From: Candidatus Woesearchaeota archaeon
Lineage (GTDB): Archaea > Nanobdellota > Nanobdellia > Woesearchaeales > SKGA01
DNA: 64,000 nucleotides
Direction: 5' to 3'
Assembly (NCBI GenBank): GCA_016926395.1
Contig: JAFGOT010000035.1
Location: 692-64,691 of the forward strand
The notes under the pieces were generated by a model. It worked only from the letters and a program-made list of their open reading frames with translations. It was not told the DNA's origin and did not search any database. Below, piece by piece: positions 7,976 through 18,098 of this stretch. The stretch's first letter is position 1; each line of letters opens with the position of its first letter. A program made the position numbers and the translations under genes.

Positions 7976-8794
7976 ATGATTGTTAAAGAGGAATTTCTGA
8001 GCAAGCTACGGCGCTATTTTTCGCTAAATTTATACGAAGCGAAAGTTTGGACTGCTCTACTTTCTCGAGGGGTGAGTACAGCTGGTGAGTTATCGGACAT
8101 TGCTAATGTTCCAAGATCTCGAAGCTATGATGTTTTAGAGTCCCTTGAAAAAAAAGGATTTGTTGTTATGAAGATTGGTAAACCTATTAAGTACATCGCG
8201 GTACCTCCAAAAGAAGTTCTTGAACGGGTTAAAAAAAATCTTATGTCTACAACAGAGCAACACATTAAACAACTTGATGAGTTAAGAACTACTGAGTTAG
8301 TTGATGAACTTAATTCTCTTCACACACAAGGAGTTGAACTTGTTGAACCTACTGATTTGTCTGGTTCTCTAAGAGGTAGAATTAATCTTTACAACCACAT
8401 GGAATTTACTATTCGAAGTGCAGAAGAAACTGTTACTATGATGACAACTGCTCAAGGTTTAATCAGAAAAGCAGATTCTTTAAGACAAACATTTGAAGAG
8501 TTAAAGAAACGTGGTGTTGTTATACGAATTGCAGCTCCTCTAGATACTGAAGAAGCAAAACAAGTTGCTAAAGATTTAGAAGGAATTGCAGAAGTTAGAC
8601 ACATTGACCATATTAGCGCAAGATTTGTTATTGTTGATGGGAATGAAGTTATCTTCATGGTTATGAATGATGATGAAATCCACCCAACTTATGACATTGG
8701 TATTTGGGTTAATACGCCATTCTTTGCTTCCGCTTTGGAGCAACTATTTGAATTGGCATGGGTTACTCTTGAATCATCGGTAAAGGCTAAATAA
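7976..8794 (+). CDS. TrmB-family transcriptional regulator
   Basis: N-terminal wHTH (LYEAKVWTALLSRGVSTAGELSDIANVPRSRSYDVLESLEKKGFV) plus a TrmB-type C-terminal domain. Confidence 0.85.
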   Translation: MIVKEEFLSKLRRYFSLNLYEAKVWTALLSRGVSTAGELSDIANVPRSRSYDVLESLEKKGFVVMKIGKPIKYIAVPPKEVLERVKKNLMSTTEQHIKQLDELRTTELVDELNSLHTQGVELVEPTDLSGSLRGRINLYNHMEFTIRSAEETVTMMTTAQGLIRKADSLRQTFEELKKRGVVIRIAAPLDTEEAKQVAKDLEGIAEVRHIDHISARFVIVDGNEVIFMVMNDDEIHPTYDIGIWVNTPFFASALEQLFELAWVTLESSVKAK

Positions 8795-8871
8795 GATGAT
8801 TTTTTATTTTTTTACAATTTTAAATGGCTTGGGTTTTTTGCCTAGTCATTTCTTTCTTGAGGTAATTAATT

Positions 8872-9192
8872 ATGAAGGATAATAGATCTAGTACTCCACC
8901 AATTAATGTTGGCGATGAATATACTGGCAGAATCGATTCTGTAGGCGAAAAAGGCGATGGTATTTTTCGTGTAAAAGGCTTTGTTGTCTTTGTTCCAAAT
9001 GTAAAACGGGGCGACTTTGTAAAAGTTAAAATCACTAAAGTTTTAGCTAAAGTTTCTTTTGGTGAAGTAACTGAAAAAGTGGAGCCTCCAAAGAATGCTT
9101 TTGCTCCTCCTAAACCAAAAGAGGAAGATTTGTCTCATCTGTTAACTACTGCAGGAGATAGTGAAGACTTTGGCGAAGATGAAGAGGAGTAG
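8872..9192 (+). CDS. TRAM-domain protein with an acidic tail
   Basis: GDEYTGRIDSVGEKGDGIFRVKGFVVFVPNVKRGDFVKVKITKV is a classic stand-alone TRAM fold. Confidence 0.8.
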   Translation: MKDNRSSTPPINVGDEYTGRIDSVGEKGDGIFRVKGFVVFVPNVKRGDFVKVKITKVLAKVSFGEVTEKVEPPKNAFAPPKPKEEDLSHLLTTAGDSEDFGEDEEE

Positions 9193-9424
9193 TAGTTCTT
9201 CTTCTGTTTTTCTCTTTATCTTGTTTTTGACAATAAATATATTTATAAATGAATTCGCGTTTTCTTCCTTTTATAACCTTAATCCAGACGACCAAGGAGA
9301 AATTCTGGCTAATGGCTAAAATCGTCTGAAATCGACTGCAAATGCGTCGTTGCACAAGGTAAGAATGGGTGCAAGGGATTATTTCTCTATGCTTATTCAA
9401 TTTCAAAACAACGAGGAAATAAAA

Positions 9425-10033
9425 ATGTCTGAACAACAAGAAGAAAATTTTATCATTCCTAATGAAGATTACTTAAAAAGTGGTATTCACATTGGAACTA
9501 AATTTAGAACTAAATACATGGAAAATTTTGTTTACAAAACAAGACCTGACGGTTTATCTGTTTTAAACATTCAACAAATTGATGAACGTTTAGATGCAGC
9601 TGCTAATCTTTTAGCAAATTATGAACCTGAAGATATTATTGTTGTTTCTCGAAGAGAGAATGGTTGGAAACCTGTTAGAATGTTCGCAAAAGTTACTGGC
9701 TGTAAATTTTTTGCTGGACGTTACCCTCCTGGTATTTTGACTAACCCTCAATTAAAGAACTTTATTGAAGGAAAAGTTTTACTTGTTACTGATGCAGGTC
9801 CTGACAAAAACGCTGTTAAAGATGCATTAAATGTTGGACTTCCAATTATTGGTCTTTGTGACACTAACAATGTGGCTAACAACTTAGATTTAGTAATTCC
9901 TTGTAATAACAAAGGTAAAAAAAGTCTTGGTTTAATATTCTGGGTTTTGGCAAAACTTTACATGGAGAAAAAAGGTTTAACTAATAAAGGTCAAGCTTTT
10001 GAGTACACTATTGATAATTTTACTGAAGAATAA
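9425..10033 (+). CDS. rps2: 30S ribosomal protein uS2
   Basis: LKSGIHIGTKFRTKYMENFVYKTRPDGLSVLNI and GLCDTN motifs. The internal ATG at 9425 was chosen. Confidence 0.95.
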   Translation: MSEQQEENFIIPNEDYLKSGIHIGTKFRTKYMENFVYKTRPDGLSVLNIQQIDERLDAAANLLANYEPEDIIVVSRRENGWKPVRMFAKVTGCKFFAGRYPPGILTNPQLKNFIEGKVLLVTDAGPDKNAVKDALNVGLPIIGLCDTNNVANNLDLVIPCNNKGKKSLGLIFWVLAKLYMEKKGLTNKGQAFEYTIDNFTEE

Positions 10034-10051
10034 AAACTTCAGTCTTTTTTT

Positions 10052-10666
10052 TTAATTTATTTTTTCTAGAATTCTGTTTACTTCAATTAAGTTTTTAGCA
10101 TAATAGTTAGCTTTTACATCATTATTTTTTGATAAATATATTGTTATGCAACCTGCTTTTGTTCCTGCTTCTATACCTGCCTTTCCATCATCTATTACAA
10201 TACAGTCTTTTGGTTGTACTCCTATTTTTTTTGCTGCTTTGTATATCATTTCAGGATTTGGTTTTGGTCTATTTCTGCTTGTTGTTTGTATTGTTTTAAA
10301 ATATTTAGTTATATCATTAAGTCTCATAACTTTTTTTGCATATATGTTAGGCCCATTTGTTATTATTCCTAACGGAAATTTTTTACTCCATTTCTCTAAT
10401 ATTTTGGTTGCATTTGGAAGAGGTTTTATGTGTTTTATGTCTGTGAATGAGAAATGAATCACAGTAAATATTTTTGTCCAGAAATGTATTTTTATATTGT
10501 GGTTTTTCATCCACTTCATTACTTCTTCAATGGTTGTGGTTTCAAGCACGTGTTCTTCTTTTGGGGTTATTTTATAATACTTTTTGGTCATGTTAATTAA
10601 ATAATTATTTAGAACGTCGTGTGTGTTAATTAATGTGTTATCAAGATCAAATAGAATTGCCTTCAT
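10052..10666 (-). CDS. HAD-superfamily hydrolase
   Basis: Motif I is ILFDLDNTL and motif IV is VIDDGKAGIEAGTKAG. The start was chosen at MKAILFDLD. The gene overlaps the radB stop by 20 nt. Confidence 0.8.
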   Translation of the reverse strand: MKAILFDLDNTLINTHDVLNNYLINMTKKYYKITPKEEHVLETTTIEEVMKWMKNHNIKIHFWTKIFTVIHFSFTDIKHIKPLPNATKILEKWSKKFPLGIITNGPNIYAKKVMRLNDITKYFKTIQTTSRNRPKPNPEMIYKAAKKIGVQPKDCIVIDDGKAGIEAGTKAGCITIYLSKNNDVKANYYAKNLIEVNRILEKIN

Positions 10667-11372
10667 TTTTTTCCTCGGCATTTTCTTCTTTAACCTCTTC
10701 AATTCCTCTGTTTGTTATCTTAAATGTTATTTCCTTATTTTCTTCTATTGATCGGTGTTTTCTAATTATTGCTTTTCTATATCCTTCCTTTGTTTTTTTG
10801 AGTTCAATCAAACATTTGCTTTGATATTTCAATAAATCTCCGCCAACAATATTCACTTTGTCTTTTTGTTCAAAGTCACTATATACTTGATTTGTTATTA
10901 ATATTGGAATATTATTCTTTCTTGCTATTTCTGTTAGAAATGATAGTTGCATTCCAAGTTGTCTGTTAATTCCATAAATGTCTTTTGTTTGTCCTATTTC
11001 TAGTCTATATAACATTGCAATAGAATCAACAATTATAACACCTATATCGCTTGTTATTAATTTTCTTAGTTTATCAAAAGATTTTTTTTGTTCTTCAAAT
11101 GTTGTTGGTTTCAAAAAAATGATGTTCTTTAATGATTTCTTAAATTCATCTGTTATTTGTCTGAATCTCGATATTGAAAATGAACCTTCCGTATCTACGT
11201 AGATTACTTTTTTATCTGTGAATGCATTAGCGCATAGTAAACAAATGTTTGTTTTTCCGCTTCCAGCCGGACCATATATTGTTGTTATAACTTCTTTTTC
11301 ATAGCCGCCTTCTAAGAGCCAGTCAAGAACTTCGCTTCCTGTGGTTACTTTACTGTCGACCATTCTTAACAA
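10647..11372 (-). CDS. radB: RadB-like RecA-family ATPase
   Basis: Short RecA core without an HhH domain. Walker A is GPAGSGKTN and Walker B is IIVDSI. Confidence 0.8.
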   Translation of the reverse strand: MLRMVDSKVTTGSEVLDWLLEGGYEKEVITTIYGPAGSGKTNICLLCANAFTDKKVIYVDTEGSFSISRFRQITDEFKKSLKNIIFLKPTTFEEQKKSFDKLRKLITSDIGVIIVDSIAMLYRLEIGQTKDIYGINRQLGMQLSFLTEIARKNNIPILITNQVYSDFEQKDKVNIVGGDLLKYQSKCLIELKKTKEGYRKAIIRKHRSIEENKEITFKITNRGIEEVKEENAEEKNEGNSI

Positions 11373-11761
11373 CTCGTGATGCTTTCATGGAGGGACATCA
11401 GTCCTTGTTTTATGGTTTTATCTTCAATAATTTTAGAATGTGTTTTTGGATGGATTGTCCAGCTTTCATTGGTTTTTATATTCGCAAAGATAATTGTTAT
11501 TTCATCATTTTGTACTAATTGCCAGTTATCTGCTAGGAATTTCACATTTGCGGGTGTATTAAGGGTTACAAGAAATTTTCTACCTTCACATTTTTTTTCT
11601 TCCAGAAGACTATTTTTTAATTCTTCAGCAATACAGTATAGTTTATCTTCTTTTTTTTCGTGAACTAGTAGTTTTCCATCTAGTTCTTCAATAGATGTTA
11701 TCTGTCTTTTCATACAATCTTTAAACTTGATATAATGTTTGGCCCATTCTGCAAGATTCAT
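11366..11761 (-). CDS. Hypothetical protein
   Basis: ORF is translationally linked to radB (overlap) and to the upstream membrane protein. No recognisable motif. Confidence 0.45.
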   Translation of the reverse strand: MNLAEWAKHYIKFKDCMKRQITSIEELDGKLLVHEKKEDKLYCIAEELKNSLLEEKKCEGRKFLVTLNTPANVKFLADNWQLVQNDEITIIFANIKTNESWTIHPKTHSKIIEDKTIKQGLMSLHESITSC

Positions 11762-12264
11762 TTTCTCTTTTTTTCCTCTAACCAAATAAAGATTCCATAC
11801 GGTAACAAGATACATATGCTAGAAACGACTGCCAATGCAAAAGGGTGCAATTCAACCGTTCTTCCAATTTCTTGAGCAGCTGTTCTTACTTGTTTTGACA
11901 TGATTATACTACTTATTATTGCAACAATAGGAATTATTACACTTACTGCTAAATGATGGTGTTTTTCTAAGTCTTCTATATCTTTTACGACTATTCCTGC
12001 AAATGTTCCAAACACCAAACCTACGATGCCTATTAAGATATGTGCTCCTGCAGGTTTAAGATATAACAGGAAAGGTTCTATTAGAAATGCCCCTCCTATT
12101 CCTATGCCAATGATGATTATGAATAAAAACCAGTACATTGCCTTCTCTAGGTGTTTATGTGTTGGTTGTTTATTTTCGTGAGCTTTACCTACGATTTTTT
12201 GAGCGTGTGCAATTTCTTCTTCGCTCCAGCCCTTTTCTCGTAGTGATTGCTCGTTAATCTTCAT
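11758..12264 (-). CDS. Hypothetical membrane protein (about 4 TM)
   Basis: 168 aa with several hydrophobic segments after a soluble N-terminus. Confidence 0.55.
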   Translation of the reverse strand: MKINEQSLREKGWSEEEIAHAQKIVGKAHENKQPTHKHLEKAMYWFLFIIIIGIGIGGAFLIEPFLLYLKPAGAHILIGIVGLVFGTFAGIVVKDIEDLEKHHHLAVSVIIPIVAIISSIIMSKQVRTAAQEIGRTVELHPFALAVVSSICILLPYGIFIWLEEKKRK

Positions 12265-12305
12265 ATTTTTATTATTGCTAGCTTTTCCTTAAAAAACTTG
12301 CTTTT

Positions 12306-14786
12306 TTACTCTTCTTGTTCTTCTTCACTTATTACAACTGCACAACTTTTTACTTTATCTCCTTCTACAAGTCTCATAACTCTTAATCCTTGAGTATTAC
12401 GTCCTATTGTGCTAATTTGTGATGATGGAATTCTAACAATTATTCCTTTTTCAGAAATCATAAGAATGTCTTCGTTTCCTTGTATTCTTCTTACACTTGC
12501 TACTTTTCCATTTCTTTCGCTACAGATTATGTTTCTTACTCCTTTTCCTCCTCTGTTAATCAGTCTATATTCACTAATTGGAGTTCTTTTTCCATATCCG
12601 TTCTCGGTAACTGTTAAAATTGTTTCTTCTTCTTTTGCAAGTATCATTCCTACAACGTTGTCATTTTTCGCAAGAGTTATGCCTCTAACTCCTCTGCTCG
12701 TTCTTCCTATTGGTCTTGCATCTTGTTCATTAAATTTAACTGCTTGTCCATTTTCAGATGCAATAAGAATTTGATCTTTTCCGCTTGTCTTTAGTACTTT
12801 TATGACTTTGTCTCCGTCATCAAGTGTTATTCCTATTATTCCATTTGTTCTTGGTCTAGAGTATGCTTCAAGACTTGTTTTTTTGACGATTCCTTTTTTT
12901 GTAACCATCATTAAATATTCGTCTTCTCTAAATTCTTCTACAGGGATGACTGCTGCAACTTTTTCACCTTGTTGCAGGTTTACTAGGTTGATTAGTGGTT
13001 TACCTTTTGCTTGTCTTGTTCCTTCAGGTATTTTATACACCTTTAGCCAATGTGCTTGTCCTCTGTCTGTAAATATTAATAGGTATGAATGAGTGTTTGC
13101 AATGAATAGATGTTCGATTATATCTTCTTCTTTCATGCTTGCTCCAATGACTCCTTTTCCTCCTCTATTTTGTAATTTGTATGTGTCTATTGGAAGTCTT
13201 TTAGCATATCCTGTTTGAGTGATGTTTACGACTTGGTTTTCTCTTACGATTAAATCTTCAAAATCAATATCATCATCTTCTCCTTCAATTATTTGCGTTT
13301 TTCTTTCATCGCCATATAATTCTTTTACTTCAATTAATTCTTGTCTTATTATTTCTTTAACCTTGTCTGTGCTTTCAAGGATTGATTTTAATTCTGCAAT
13401 GTTTTCAACTAGTCCTTTGTGTTCTTCTCTGATTTTATCTTGTTCAAGACCTGTTAGTTTTTGTAACTTCATATCAAGAATTGCTTGTGCTTGTTCTTCT
13501 GAGAAGTCATACTTTTCAATTAACTCATCTTTTGCAATTTGTGCCGAATCTGCTGCTTTAATTAATGTAATTATTGGATCAATGTGGTCTAATGCTTTAG
13601 TTAGTCCTTCTAATAAGTGCGCTTTTTTCTCTGCTTTCGCCAAGTCATATTTTGTTCTTCTTGTGACAACTTCTTTTCGATGTTTTATGAATTCACTAAG
13701 CATGTCTTTTAGACCTAGAATTTTTGGTTCTCCGTTAACTATGCTCAAGAAAATAATTCCTGTTCCTATTTGTAGTCTTGAGTGTTTTAATAATTGATTT
13801 TTTACGACTTCTATGTTTGCGTCTCTTTTTAATTCGATGACAATTCGCATTCCAGTTCTATCACTTTCATCTCTTAAGTCGCTGATTCCTTCTATTCTTT
13901 TATCTCTAACAGCGTCAGCTATTTGTTCTATAAGTGATGCTTTATTCACTTGATACGGGATTTCAGTAACGATAATTGCAGTTCTGTTTCTGATTTCTTC
14001 TTCATGCATTACTGCTTTTACTTTTATTTTTCCACGTCCTGTTAAGTATGCTTGTTTTATTCCTGATGTTCCTTGTATTATTGCGCCTGTTGGAAAATCA
14101 GGACCTTTTACTATTTCTATTAAATCGTTAATTTCAGTTTCTTCTCCATTTTCAAGAAGATGAATTGTTCCATCGACAACTTCTTTTAAGTTATGTGGTG
14201 GGATGTTTGTTGCCATTCCAACTGCAATTCCACTAGATCCATTCACTAATAAATTAGGAATTCTTGTTGGAAGAACAACTGGTTCTTCTAAACTTTCATC
14301 AAAGTTAGGTCTCATATCAACTGTTTCTTTGTCAATATCTGCTAAGATGCTATTTGATATTTTTTCAAGTTTAGCTTCTGTATAACGCATTGCTGCGGGA
14401 CTATCTCCATCTACACTTCCAAAGTTTCCTTGACCTTTAATTAGGGGATATCTTAACGAAAACTCCTGAGCCATACGAACTAAACTATCATAAACTGCAG
14501 TATCTCCGTGAGGGTGATATTTACCTAATACTTCCCCAACAATTCTCGCACTTTTTTTGAACGATTTGTTATGTGTTAGACCCATTTCGTTCATGGCATG
14601 CATTATTCTTCGATGGACTGGTTTTAACCCATCTCTTACGTCTGGTAATGCTCGTCCGATGATTACGGACATAGAATAATCCAAATAAGCAGTCTTCATT
14701 TCGTCTTCAATTACTGCTATTTTTATGTTTTCTTTAGGTACATTTTGACCCATATTTTGTTCCTGAGAATTGTTATTGTCTGCCAT
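12306..14786 (-). CDS. gyrA: DNA gyrase subunit A
   Basis: [16 protein letters not shown] (catalytic Tyr), GKYHPHGD, and a C-terminal beta-pinwheel containing a QNRGGKG GyrA-box-like segment. Confidence 0.97.
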   Translation of the reverse strand: MADNNNSQEQNMGQNVPKENIKIAVIEDEMKTAYLDYSMSVIIGRALPDVRDGLKPVHRRIMHAMNEMGLTHNKSFKKSARIVGEVLGKYHPHGDTAVYDSLVRMAQEFSLRYPLIKGQGNFGSVDGDSPAAMRYTEAKLEKISNSILADIDKETVDMRPNFDESLEEPVVLPTRIPNLLVNGSSGIAVGMATNIPPHNLKEVVDGTIHLLENGEETEINDLIEIVKGPDFPTGAIIQGTSGIKQAYLTGRGKIKVKAVMHEEEIRNRTAIIVTEIPYQVNKASLIEQIADAVRDKRIEGISDLRDESDRTGMRIVIELKRDANIEVVKNQLLKHSRLQIGTGIIFLSIVNGEPKILGLKDMLSEFIKHRKEVVTRRTKYDLAKAEKKAHLLEGLTKALDHIDPIITLIKAADSAQIAKDELIEKYDFSEEQAQAILDMKLQKLTGLEQDKIREEHKGLVENIAELKSILESTDKVKEIIRQELIEVKELYGDERKTQIIEGEDDDIDFEDLIVRENQVVNITQTGYAKRLPIDTYKLQNRGGKGVIGASMKEEDIIEHLFIANTHSYLLIFTDRGQAHWLKVYKIPEGTRQAKGKPLINLVNLQQGEKVAAVIPVEEFREDEYLMMVTKKGIVKKTSLEAYSRPRTNGIIGITLDDGDKVIKVLKTSGKDQILIASENGQAVKFNEQDARPIGRTSRGVRGITLAKNDNVVGMILAKEEETILTVTENGYGKRTPISEYRLINRGGKGVRNIICSERNGKVASVRRIQGNEDILMISEKGIIVRIPSSQISTIGRNTQGLRVMRLVEGDKVKSCAVVISEEEQEE

Positions 14787-14949
14787 TTTTTTATATGCTT
14801 AATAATTAACCATTATTGTTCTTTGTTACAAGCTCAATAATTGAAAAATTATTGCTGTCTACCACGTAATTTTGGACACAATAGTGCTTTATAAGTATTA
14901 CGTATTTAGCCCATTTTAAGGGGTTTTTAACTCTTTTTTTAGAACTTTT

Positions 14950-15087
14950 TTATTCAACGATTCGTTCACGGTTTATTGTAAAGCTAAAGCCGCAATAAAC
15001 GCATTTTTTAACCTTTCCAATCGCACTTCCTTTTAGCTGCTGATATTTCATGCTTTGTCTGCATTTTGGGCATCTAAGAATTAACAT
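14950..15087 (-). CDS. Small zinc-ribbon protein
   Basis: 45 aa with CPKC...CVYC. The start was chosen at MLILRCPKC, directly downstream of scpB. Confidence 0.45.
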   Translation of the reverse strand: MLILRCPKCRQSMKYQQLKGSAIGKVKKCVYCGFSFTINRERIVE

Positions 15088-15091
15088 TTTT

Positions 15092-16012
15092 TTAAAGAAG
15101 ATCTTCCTCTTCTTCCTCTTCTTGTCCTGAGACAAATTTTTCAAGTTCTTCTAAAGGGTTTTCATTGTCTTCCTTTAGTTTTCTTTCTTTTTCTTTTTCT
15201 TCATCCATTGCTTTTTTTACATCATCAAGACTGGTTGTTGTGGCATCAATTGTTTTTTGTTCTTTTTCAAGTTCTGGATGAGTGTTTCTTTGAGGAAGTT
15301 CATGGCCGTCCACTCTTTTTGATACTTCTGATAAATTTAGTTCCATACGTTTTAGAAAATCTTGTTCTTCAGCTAATTCTTCAGGTGTTCTTTTTGCCGT
15401 TTTTGGTTCAATATCTATTATTTCTAGATCCCCAATAGTCTGGGTGTTTTCTTCTTCGCTATCTTTTTCTAAATCAACTATTTTTAAATTTCCTAATTTT
15501 TCTTGGTGTGCATTTCTAAGTTGTTTGAAAACATCTTTAATATCTTCATCTCCTTCAACATCAAAGTAATTATAGAATTTATCTGTTATTTTTAGAATAT
15601 AACTTCGTCCTTCTTCTTCTTTTGTAATTAATTTTTGTTTTACTAGAACTTTTATGTGATCGTAAGCGCCTTGGCCTCTCATGTGGATTATGTCTGATTG
15701 TAAAACTGGACTTTTATATGCCACAACTGCTAATGTTTTCAAAATTGGTTTTGGAAGTTCTGTTTCACTTACTATTTTTTGGATGTCATTTGTATATTTT
15801 CCAATGACTGATAATTTCCATTTAGATTCTACTTCCGTGATTGCTAAACTAGTGTCTCTTTTTTCGTAGTCTTCTTGTAATTCTTGGAGCGCTTTTTTTA
15901 CTTCTTTTGGTTTTGAGCTAGTGAACTCTACTAAATCTGTTTCACTCACTCCTTTTCCTGAAGCAAAAAGTATTGCTTCAAGTCTATTTTTTAATTCACT
16001 CATTTTAAACAA
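15092..16012 (-). CDS. scpB: Segregation and condensation protein B (ScpB) with a long acidic C-terminal extension
   Basis: LEAILFASGKGVS...LKTLAVVAYKSPVLQSDIIHMRG...KVLVKQKLI are the tandem winged helices typical of ScpB. Confidence 0.85.
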   Translation of the reverse strand: MFKMSELKNRLEAILFASGKGVSETDLVEFTSSKPKEVKKALQELQEDYEKRDTSLAITEVESKWKLSVIGKYTNDIQKIVSETELPKPILKTLAVVAYKSPVLQSDIIHMRGQGAYDHIKVLVKQKLITKEEEGRSYILKITDKFYNYFDVEGDEDIKDVFKQLRNAHQEKLGNLKIVDLEKDSEEENTQTIGDLEIIDIEPKTAKRTPEELAEEQDFLKRMELNLSEVSKRVDGHELPQRNTHPELEKEQKTIDATTTSLDDVKKAMDEEKEKERKLKEDNENPLEELEKFVSGQEEEEEEDLL

Positions 16013-16595
16013 GATAAAAACTATTTCCTTCTTTCTTAATTTTTTTCTCTTTTAGAAGTGCATCTAAGAATTTTTGTGTATGCTCATCACTCATTCCAAT
16101 TTTTTGAGATACTGTTCCGATTTCAGCTCCTTCACGTAAGACTAAGAGAATTGCATTTCTAGTCATTGAGTTAAAATTTCTAATTAATGTTTCCGTTTGA
16201 CTTCTAACTGCTTTTTGAATCATTCCCATTTCGTGAAGTCTTGCTAATAGATCATTCATCCAGTGTGTTATTTCTCTTTGTTCAACTGTGATTGTTGCAG
16301 GCTCGATAACTTCTATGCTTGCCGGTGTAAAGTTTATTGCAAGCCAGGTTAATTTGTCCATGTTTTCAAGCAACATTTCTACTTCTGCAATTGTTGAGAA
16401 TAAATCTTCGCCAGCGTCTTCTGCTGGTTCATACTCTTCTTTAATTACTTTAATTTCTTCGTTAGTTTTGATGTTTGCAACATATGCTTTGATAGTTTCT
16501 TCCACATGTTTTTGTGGCTTTCCAACAATTTCAAATATTACAGAAACACGAATGTAGCCTTTTTCCACATACTCTTTAATTTCTTTTTCGTTCAT
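16005..16595 (-). CDS. Hypothetical protein with a C-terminal wHTH, translationally coupled to scpB
   Basis: The 8-nt overlap with scpB places it where scpA normally lies. No kleisin motifs were recognised. The C-terminus ILLVLREGAEIGTVSQKIGMSDEHTQKFLDALL is wHTH-like. Confidence 0.55.
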   Translation of the reverse strand: MNEKEIKEYVEKGYIRVSVIFEIVGKPQKHVEETIKAYVANIKTNEEIKVIKEEYEPAEDAGEDLFSTIAEVEMLLENMDKLTWLAINFTPASIEVIEPATITVEQREITHWMNDLLARLHEMGMIQKAVRSQTETLIRNFNSMTRNAILLVLREGAEIGTVSQKIGMSDEHTQKFLDALLKEKKIKKEGNSFYLV

Positions 16596-16633
16596 AATAT
16601 TGGCCTTTATGTTTTTCTCAAATGACTAAACAA

Positions 16634-17959
16634 CTATTTTTTTATAAACTTATCGATGAGTTGTTTTGGCCCATAACTTATGAGCCTTCCAAAAAACATG
16701 CTTATAAGGGCTGTAAGTATAATTACAGTTGTTGTTTTCTCTTTTTTTAAATTGGTGCTGTAGGCACTAGTTTTTCCAGTAATTTGTATTTCTTTTTCCT
16801 CAATAATTGAGCTTGTATTGATTGTTTTTTTAACTTGTTTTTCTTCTTTTTTATCTTCTTCTTTTTCTAGTTTATTTTCTTTGTTGTTTTCTTTTTCTTC
16901 TTTGTTAATTTCTTCTTTTTGTATTGTGTTAATTTCTATTTTGTCTTGTTTATCTAATCCTTCACAAATAATTGTGGTTTTATTTTTCCATTTGTTTTTA
17001 GGTTGGATTGTGGTGGTTAAAACAATTCCCTCATCTTGGTTATTGATTTTTATTTTTATTTCGTCGCTACTTTTTTTATTGTCTGTTTGTGTATAACAAT
17101 ATGTTGTTGTTTTTTTTGTAGTTCCTCTATATATCTCTATTTCTAAGTTTATTTTCTCATCATCATATCCAACTTCGTTAATCTTAATTATTGATTCTTG
17201 GTTTTTGTTTACTGTATCTGTAACTCCAAGCATTACTGTTTTTTCTTCTTCATCTGTTTTTGCTATTAAAAAATATATTTTGTCACTTTCATCTTGTTCT
17301 TTGAAGGTGTATGTTTTTTGATTGTCATTAGTTGTTGTGTATTTTTCTTTAACCATTGTGCCTTTAGAATCTTCGATCCAATATGTTATTGGTTTTGTGT
17401 TGTTGATAAAATTAAACTCTAATTTTTCTCCTACCAAAAAGAATTTTTTGTTTATGTTTATTATTGTTTTCTCTCTATTGTTATTTTGTTGTGTTGTGTT
17501 TTCTTCAGATTCGTTTTTTTCTTCTGTTTTATTATTAATGCTGGTGTTTATTTCTGTTTTATTGATTGTTTGACTTGTAGCATTAAACTCAGAAAAATTA
17601 TTTTTTGAACAATTACTTTTAATACTCCATTCTAATGTTTGATTATTAATTAAAAAGCGTAAACTATTTTCTTTACTTTCTATGTTATTTATTTCTCCCG
17701 TGTTTGTTTGAGTATATTTTTTTATTTCTTTATTGATGTTCTTTGTTTGATTGTTCCACGCTTGAATATATTTTATTGTTGTAGAATTATCTCCTGTGCT
17801 ATAATTCAGATTAGTTATCTTGAAAACTGTTGTTGTGTTCTCACAACTGTTGTTGTTAATTAATGAGATAATTTCGTATGTGTTGCTTTCAAACATTACT
17901 TCATATGCATTTACTGACGACACCATAAAAATAAACAGCATTATCCAAATAATTTTCAT
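16634..17959 (-). CDS. Secreted/anchored Asn/Lys/Thr-rich surface protein, rich in N-glycosylation sequons
   Basis: N-terminal signal peptide (IIWIMLFIFMVSSVNA), a C-terminal TM (VIILTALISMFFG), and many N-x-S/T sequons. Confidence 0.6.
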   Translation of the reverse strand: MKIIWIMLFIFMVSSVNAYEVMFESNTYEIISLINNNSCENTTTVFKITNLNYSTGDNSTTIKYIQAWNNQTKNINKEIKKYTQTNTGEINNIESKENSLRFLINNQTLEWSIKSNCSKNNFSEFNATSQTINKTEINTSINNKTEEKNESEENTTQQNNNREKTIININKKFFLVGEKLEFNFINNTKPITYWIEDSKGTMVKEKYTTTNDNQKTYTFKEQDESDKIYFLIAKTDEEEKTVMLGVTDTVNKNQESIIKINEVGYDDEKINLEIEIYRGTTKKTTTYCYTQTDNKKSSDEIKIKINNQDEGIVLTTTIQPKNKWKNKTTIICEGLDKQDKIEINTIQKEEINKEEKENNKENKLEKEEDKKEEKQVKKTINTSSIIEEKEIQITGKTSAYSTNLKKEKTTTVIILTALISMFFGRLISYGPKQLIDKFIKK

Positions 17960-18098
17960 ATTTTTGTTCTTTTGTCCTTTTATTTATTTGTTTGACCTCG
18001 CTTTTTTCGAAAGTTTTTCATTTGTTGTATCTCTTGAGGGGTTAGAAAGATTTTAATAAGTATTTTTTCCCTTATTCAGGTGAAAAGAGGTTTTTATA

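Noticed and set aside
12409-14385. Several 60-190 aa plus-strand ORFs (12409-12774, 12802-13092, 13219-13797, 14203-14385) inside the gyrA region
   Set aside because: They lie antisense to an unambiguous gyrA reading frame. Their Ser/Leu/Phe/Ile-rich low-complexity translations are typical shadow ORFs in AT-rich DNA. The same reasoning applies to the other antisense or overlapping ORFs in the track, for example 143-364, 3297-3609, 3745-4153, 10146-10457, 16288-16557, 16818-17573, 18191-18511, 25471-26112, 29879-30392, 37553-37927, 51449-52673 and 54855-57407.
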